Source: Squalus acanthias
Taxonomy: Eukaryota
DNA: 64,000 nt
Direction: 5' to 3'
NCBI GenBank assembly: GCA_030390025.1
Contig: CM059432.1
Span: 137,828,001-137,892,000 of the forward strand
A program made the position numbers and the translations under genes. The first letter of the stretch is position 1. Each line of letters opens with the position of its first letter. The notes beneath the pieces are model-generated. The model was not told the DNA's origin, searched no databases, and saw only the letters and a list, made by a program, of their open reading frames with translations. Shown here piece after piece: positions 58,490 to 64,000 of the stretch.

Positions 58490-60380
58490 CTAGAAGGCTG
58501 GTTAACAAAATTGAGGCTTGTGGAATAGGTGGGTCAGTGGCAGCTTGGATAAGGAATTGGCTTAAGGATAGAAAACAGCGAGTTGTGGTAAATGGCTGTT
58601 TTTCAGACTGGAGGATAGTAGGCAGTGGTGTTCCCTAAGGGTCAGTGCTAGGGCCACTGCTTTTTTTGATATATATAAATGACCTGGATATTGGAATACA
58701 GAGTAGAATTTCTAAATTTGCCGATGACACCAAACTTGGGGGTGTGGCAAACAGTGATGATGATACCAATCGACTGCAACAGGACATAGAAAGGCTAGCA
58801 GAATGGGCAGAAAAGTGGCAGATGGAATTTAATACAGAGAAGTGTGAGGTAATGCATTTTGGCAGAAGGAACAGGGAGAGGCAATATACACTTAATGGCA
58901 CAGTTTTAAAGAGTGTGCAGGGATAGGGGGACCTGGGAGTTAATGTGCATAGGTCCTTGCAGGTGGCAGGAGATATTGAGAGAGTGGTTAACAAAGCATA
59001 TGGGATCTTGGGCTTCATAAATAGAGGTATTGAGTACAAAAGTAGAGAAGTTATGCTGAACCTTTATACAGCGCTGGTTAGGCCACAACTGGAGTATTGC
59101 ATCCAGTTCTGGTCACCACACTTTAGGAAGGATGTGAAGGCCCTTGAGAGGGTGCAGAGGAGAATTACCAGAATGGTTCCGGGGATGGGGGATCTTAGCT
59201 ACAAGGACAGGTTGGAGAAACTGGATTTGTTTTCATTAGAGCAAAGGAGGTTGAGGGGTGATTTGATAGAGGTGTACAAGATTATGATGGGTTTGGATAG
59301 GCTAGACGGGGAAAGGCTGTTCCCACTAGTTGATGGTACAAGGACTAGGGGACACAGATTTAAGGTTTTGGGCAAAAGATACAGGGGGGATGTGAGGAAA
59401 AACTTTTTTACACAGCAAGTGGTGATGACCTGGGATTCGCTACCGACGGAAGTGGTGGAAGCGGAGACACTCAATGGCCCAGAAATTGATCACGCTCTGT
59501 TCCCGCGGGGGTAAGCCTTCCCCGCGATGTCTCACCTCGCTTATGCTTTTTCTGATCCAGCTCACACGAACTTGATGTTCCAGACATCAGCTGTGCTGGG
59601 CTTGCGTATCCCAGCGGCGTAGTGAATTCGTGCGAGCTGTGGGATCACGTGACTCAGTTAGAGCCAATGGCAGCACACCATCTTCCATTCATAAATAGCT
59701 GTGAGACTTATGAATCTTACACCCCCCCAAAATAACAGCTAAATCTCAATTAAATTTAAAAAAAAAAACCATCACATTAATAAAATAAGTATAGTTAATT
59801 AAATTAACCATTTTAAATAAAAAATTAAATTTTTGAAAAAATTTAAAATCTTTTAAAAAGTTATAAAAATAAACTTACCTGTCTTTAAAGTCTATAAAAA
59901 AGATATACCTGTAAAAAAAAATTCAAAAAAATACTTAATTCACTACTTACCTTCTTAAAAGCGGGTCTTACTCCTCCTTTTTACATTTCCAAAATCTTCC
60001 CTACTTACCTGCGCGTCCAAAGCATGAAGTGCACAGCGTGCGCGCAGCCTGTAGCGTGCACGCGATGCACCCAGGCCCCGCCCCCTTTTCGGAAGAGCAA
60101 TTGCCGGTTTTCAGCGCATGCGCAGGGCATGCAGAAAACCGGCAATTGGAGTGGGAATATGCGAGAGTATGCAGTGCGTACTCTCGCGTCCCGGGATCAA
60201 TTTTCGGCCCAATGTTTTCAAGGGGAGACTGGATAGGCACTTGAGGGAAATAAACTTGTAGAGCTACGGGGATAGAGCAGGGGAATGGGACTGACTGGAT
60301 TGCTCTACAAAGAGCCGGCATGGACTCGATGGGCCGAATGGCCTTCTTCTGTGCCGTTATGACTCTATATGACTCTATGA
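58490..60380 (+). mobile_element. CR1 RT copy nested in the previous LINE, itself split by a MITE
   Basis: RT motifs with stops and frameshifts (58645-59470). The C-terminus and (GACTCTAT)n tail resume at 60214. Confidence 0.92.
59476..60210. mobile_element. MITE, PIF/Harbinger-like, with an AT-rich core
   Basis: Imperfect TIRs GGCCCAGAAATTGATC / GATCAATTTTCGGCCC and a 3-bp AAT duplication (59473-59475, 60211-60213). Confidence 0.8.
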
Positions 60381-61011
60381 CATTAATACTGTGGCAATAA
60401 GAGTAGGTCAGAGGCTGGGTATTCTGCGGCGAGTGTCTCACCTCCTGACTCCCCAAAGCCTTTCTACCATCTACAAGGCAGAAGTAAGGAGTGTGATGGA
60501 ATACTCTCCACTTGCCTGCATGAGTGCAGCTCCAACAACACTCAACAAGCTCGACACCATCCAAGACAAAGCAGCCCACTTGATTGACACCCCATCCACC
60601 ACCTTAAACATTTACTGCCTCCACCACCGGCGTACCGTGGCTGCAGTGTGTACCATCTACAAGATGCACTGCAGCAACTCGCAAAGGCTTCTTCTTCAGC
60701 ACCTCCCAAACCCGCGACCTCTACCACCTAGAAGGACAAGGGCAGCAGGTGCATGGGAACACTACCACATCCAAGTTCCACTCCAAGTCACACACCATCC
60801 CGACTTGGAAGTATATCGCCGTTCCTTCATCGTCGCTGGGTCAAAACCCTGGAACTCCCTCCCTAACAGCACTGTGGTAGTACCTTCACCACACGGACTG
60901 CAGCGGTTCAAGAAGGTGGCTCACCACCACCTTCTCAATGCAACTAGGGATGGGCAATAAATGCTGGCTTTGCCAGTGACGCCTACATCCCAAGAACGAA
61001 TATAAAAAAAA

Positions 61012-62600
61012 CAATTAAATGGTATCTGCCACCTGTCTTACCATTCCAACTCATCTGTCAGTGTCTTCCTGATCTTTATCAGTCTTGTTCACTAGTTGCC
61101 AAACCTCTTACTTTTGTGTCATCAGTAAATTTGGGAGATTGTGTTTCAAGTCCAAATCTACCTGCACAGTGAACAAAGTGGACCCAACTCTGACCCTGGG
61201 ATACACCTTTTCCAACCATCTCCAGTCTGAGCAACACCCATTAACAGTAAAACTTTGCTTCCTGTCTGTCAGCCGACATTCTAACCTGTTAATTTTCCTC
61301 TTATACCACACACCTGCAATTTTCTAACAAGGCTCTTGTAAGACACCTTATCGAATGCCTTCTGAAAATTCATGTACTCTACATCTACTGTATTCCCTTT
61401 ATCTATCTGATCAATTACCTCTTCAAAATAACTCTTAAATTTGTCAAACACAACATGCCTATAACAAATTCATGCTGGCTGTCCTTGATTAACCCATGCT
61501 TTTCTAAATACTTGCTAATCTTATGTATTTGAACATATAGGTCTCTTTGTTTATCCAAATCCCTTCGTGCCTTTCTCTTGTGTGTATATTCTCATTCCTT
61601 ATTTTTCTCCCAAAATGTATTGCCCCACATTTATCCACATTAAATTGTATTTGCCACCGCTCTGCCCATTCTGCTAACCAGTCTAATCTTCCTGAAGCCA
61701 TTTACACTCATCCTTGCTGTGTCAGCCATGGCTCAGTTGATAGCATTCTTACCTCTGAGTCAGAAGGTTGTGGGTTCAAGTCCCACTTTAGAGACTTCAG
61801 CACATAGTCTAAGAAAGAATGCTGCATTGTTGGAGGTGGCGTCTTTTGGGTGAGACATTAAATTGAGGCCCCGCCTGTTCTCTCAGGTGGACGTTGAAAG
61901 ATCCCATGGCACTATTTCGACGAAAGGAATGGGGTTTATCCCTGGTGTCCTGGCCAATATTTATCCCTCAAACAACATCACAAAAACAGATTATTTGGTC
62001 ATTATCACATTGCTGTTTGTGGGACCTTGCCGTGCACAAATTGGCTGCTACATTTCCCACATTACAACAGTGACTACACTTCAAAATGTACTTCATTGGT
62101 TGTAAAGCACTTAGAGACGTCCTGAGGTCGTGAAAGACGCTATATAAATACAAGTCTTTTTTTTTGCCAATCCTCCTACTTTTGTGTCATAAGCAAATTT
62201 GGAGATATGTTTGAGTCCAAATTATCTATATATATATTGAGAACAGTGTGGATCCAACACTCTGCTGTACACTCCAGTCCAAGTAACACCAATTTGTTCT
62301 CTCTATTTCCTTTCCATCAACAAACATTCAATCCATGCTTGTACATTTCCTCTTACACCATATGCCTGAATATTGCTAACAAGCCTCTTTTGAGACACCT
62401 TATCAAACGCCTTTTGAAAATTGATATCCCTTGATATCCAAGCGGCCACATCTTCAAAATAACTCTGTTAAATTTGTCAAACACAACTTGCCTTAAATAA
62501 ATCCATGTTGGTTGTGCTTGATCAATCCATGCATTTCTAAATGCTCACTAATTTTATATCAGATTATAGATTCTAAAAGTTTGCCCAGAACTGATATTAG
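61012..62600 (-). pseudogene. Two old, highly degraded CR1 RT fragments in tandem, the second split by a SINE
   Basis: Relics of KFADDTK, DFQKAFDKV and GKSCLTN appear twice on the minus strand (~61012-61520; ~61590-61715 plus 62164-62600). Confidence 0.65.
61718..62163 (+). mobile_element. DeuSINE, near full length
   Basis: tRNA head TGGCTCAGTTGATAGCA..GGTTCAAGTCC, Deu domain and tail. Confidence 0.88.
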
Positions 62601-62861
62601 ACTTTGTACGTGAATTTCTGTAGGGTTTTCCCACTCGTATGTTGCAGATTCAATGACTGGTAGTTTTGCATGATTGATTTAGCGATGGCTATTGATAAAA
62701 TCATCAGAATAGATACCACAACAGTGATACAAGTCACTGCACAAGTATGGAGGCGAGATCAAAAGAATCTGAAAGATCAGTTCAATGTTTATTTTTAAAT
62801 AACAGCCAAATTTCACGGTGCTATAAAATAAGTTCCACCAACTGATTTGAGGCTTTTTGAG

Positions 62862-62863
62862 AC

Positions 62864-62903
<40 letters not shown>

Positions 62904-63270
62904 GTGGGTTCAAATCCCACTCCAGAGACTTGAGCACAAAACCTAGGCTGACACTCCAGCGCAGTACTGAGGGAGTGCTGCCCTGTCTGAGGTGTCGTCT
63001 TTCCGAAGAGACGTTAAACCGAGGCCTTAGGTGGACATAAAAGATCCATGGCACTATTTCAAAGAAGAGCAGGCGAGCTCTCCCCGGTGTCCTGGCCAAT
63101 ATTTATCCCTCAACCAACATCAATAAAAACAGATTATCTCGTCATTTATCACAGTGCTATTTGTGGAACCTTGCTGTGTGCAAATTGGCTGTCACTTTTC
63201 CTACATTACAACTTCAAAAGTATTTCTTTGACTGGGATTTGGGATGTCCTGAGGTTGGTACTTTACAAAT
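62862..63270 (+). mobile_element. DeuSINE
   Basis: tRNA head and Deu domain, with a degraded tail. Confidence 0.88.
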
Positions 63271-63919
63271 GACTCTATCGTTGTGCTTTTTGTGCAGGAC
63301 AATAAAGGTAGGTCTCTCGGCTAAGACAAATTTTCGGCAGTCATTTTAAGTCTGATGTTCAGTTGTCCGCATGAAAGAAAAGAAGTTGTATTGTGAATAA
63401 AAACAATCTCTTTCCTGTTTGTAACCAGATTACAGGCTGTTATAGAGCTGGGCCATTTTATGTCTGCACTCTTGGGGATGTACTGTGCACAAGAGAAAGG
63501 AACTATTTACATAACAAAAGGTACAATTTGGCCTGCTTTCAGTTTAATAAAGGGGAATTAAACACACAACAATCTCCATAGTTCATTAAATACAATGAAG
63601 TGTTCACAATACATGACTATTTTTGCATTTATGTTTTTAAAATGTTCTACGGTAATACACAGCTCGAGGTAAAAATCGGCTTTCTGTTTAGTTGCCTTTC
63701 CCCATGGAACTGTACCCTAGCTTCAGTCACTGCCATCAAGAGGAAAGGGAAACAATTGGAGAGGCAGAATGGAGGATATCTGCTTCAAACTTTGTATTTA
63801 TGAAATTAGAGTTCTGTTTGCATTGGCGAGATTTACACTGGTATAAATTGTATGATTTCAAAGATGGCCAATGTAAGCTTTCATAAAGCAACATAAATTT
63901 CTACAGGTGCCTCATATAC

Positions 63920-64000
63920 GTCCTTCAGATGAGACGTTAATCCGAGGCCCCGTCAGCTCTCAGGTGGACGTAAAAGATCCCATGGCACTATTTTGAAAAA
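63920..64000 (+). mobile_element. DeuSINE fragment running off the window end
   Basis: GATGAGACGTTAATCCGAGGCCCC..GTAAAAGATCCCATGGCAC. Confidence 0.8.

Larger units (their letters stand above)
56180..61010 (+). mobile_element. Degraded, near-complete APE+RT non-LTR retrotransposon (CR1/L2-related group), interrupted at 58490-60380
   Basis: Frameshifted endonuclease (FLTNIWG, PDIVILTES, LDLVLTN, SSDN) and RT (KAVGPDNI, NYRPISLL, GVPQGSVLGP, FADD). Sequence resumes at 60381 and ends in an A-rich tail. Confidence 0.88.

Overview
Vertebrate, almost certainly cartilaginous-fish (shark-type), nuclear DNA. This is inferred from its repeat families: CR1 and L2 LINEs, DeuSINE/SacSINE1-like and HE1-like V-SINEs, and a Penelope-type palindrome. 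Positions ~2682-36030 are a 23-bp satellite (TACAGCAATACAGCTCCCCAAC[T/C], roughly 1,000 units). It carries four very young, same-orientation, 5'-truncated CR1 elements whose RT reading frames are intact. These are two independent insertions (A and B, 237 bp apart) that were then duplicated together as a ~6.3-kb satellite+LINE higher-order unit. The right edge of the array is capped by an L2 insertion (AACTT target duplication); removing it places a near-consensus CTCF motif directly against the last satellite unit. The rest of the window is a dense, often nested mosaic of LINE fragments, SINEs and hAT/Harbinger-type MITEs. It also holds a Penelope-type palindrome with a minimal hammerhead ribozyme motif and a few weak candidate exons of an unidentified host gene. 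No host gene could be named. The long repetitive ORFs in the ORF track are by-products of a satellite that has no stop codon in any + frame.
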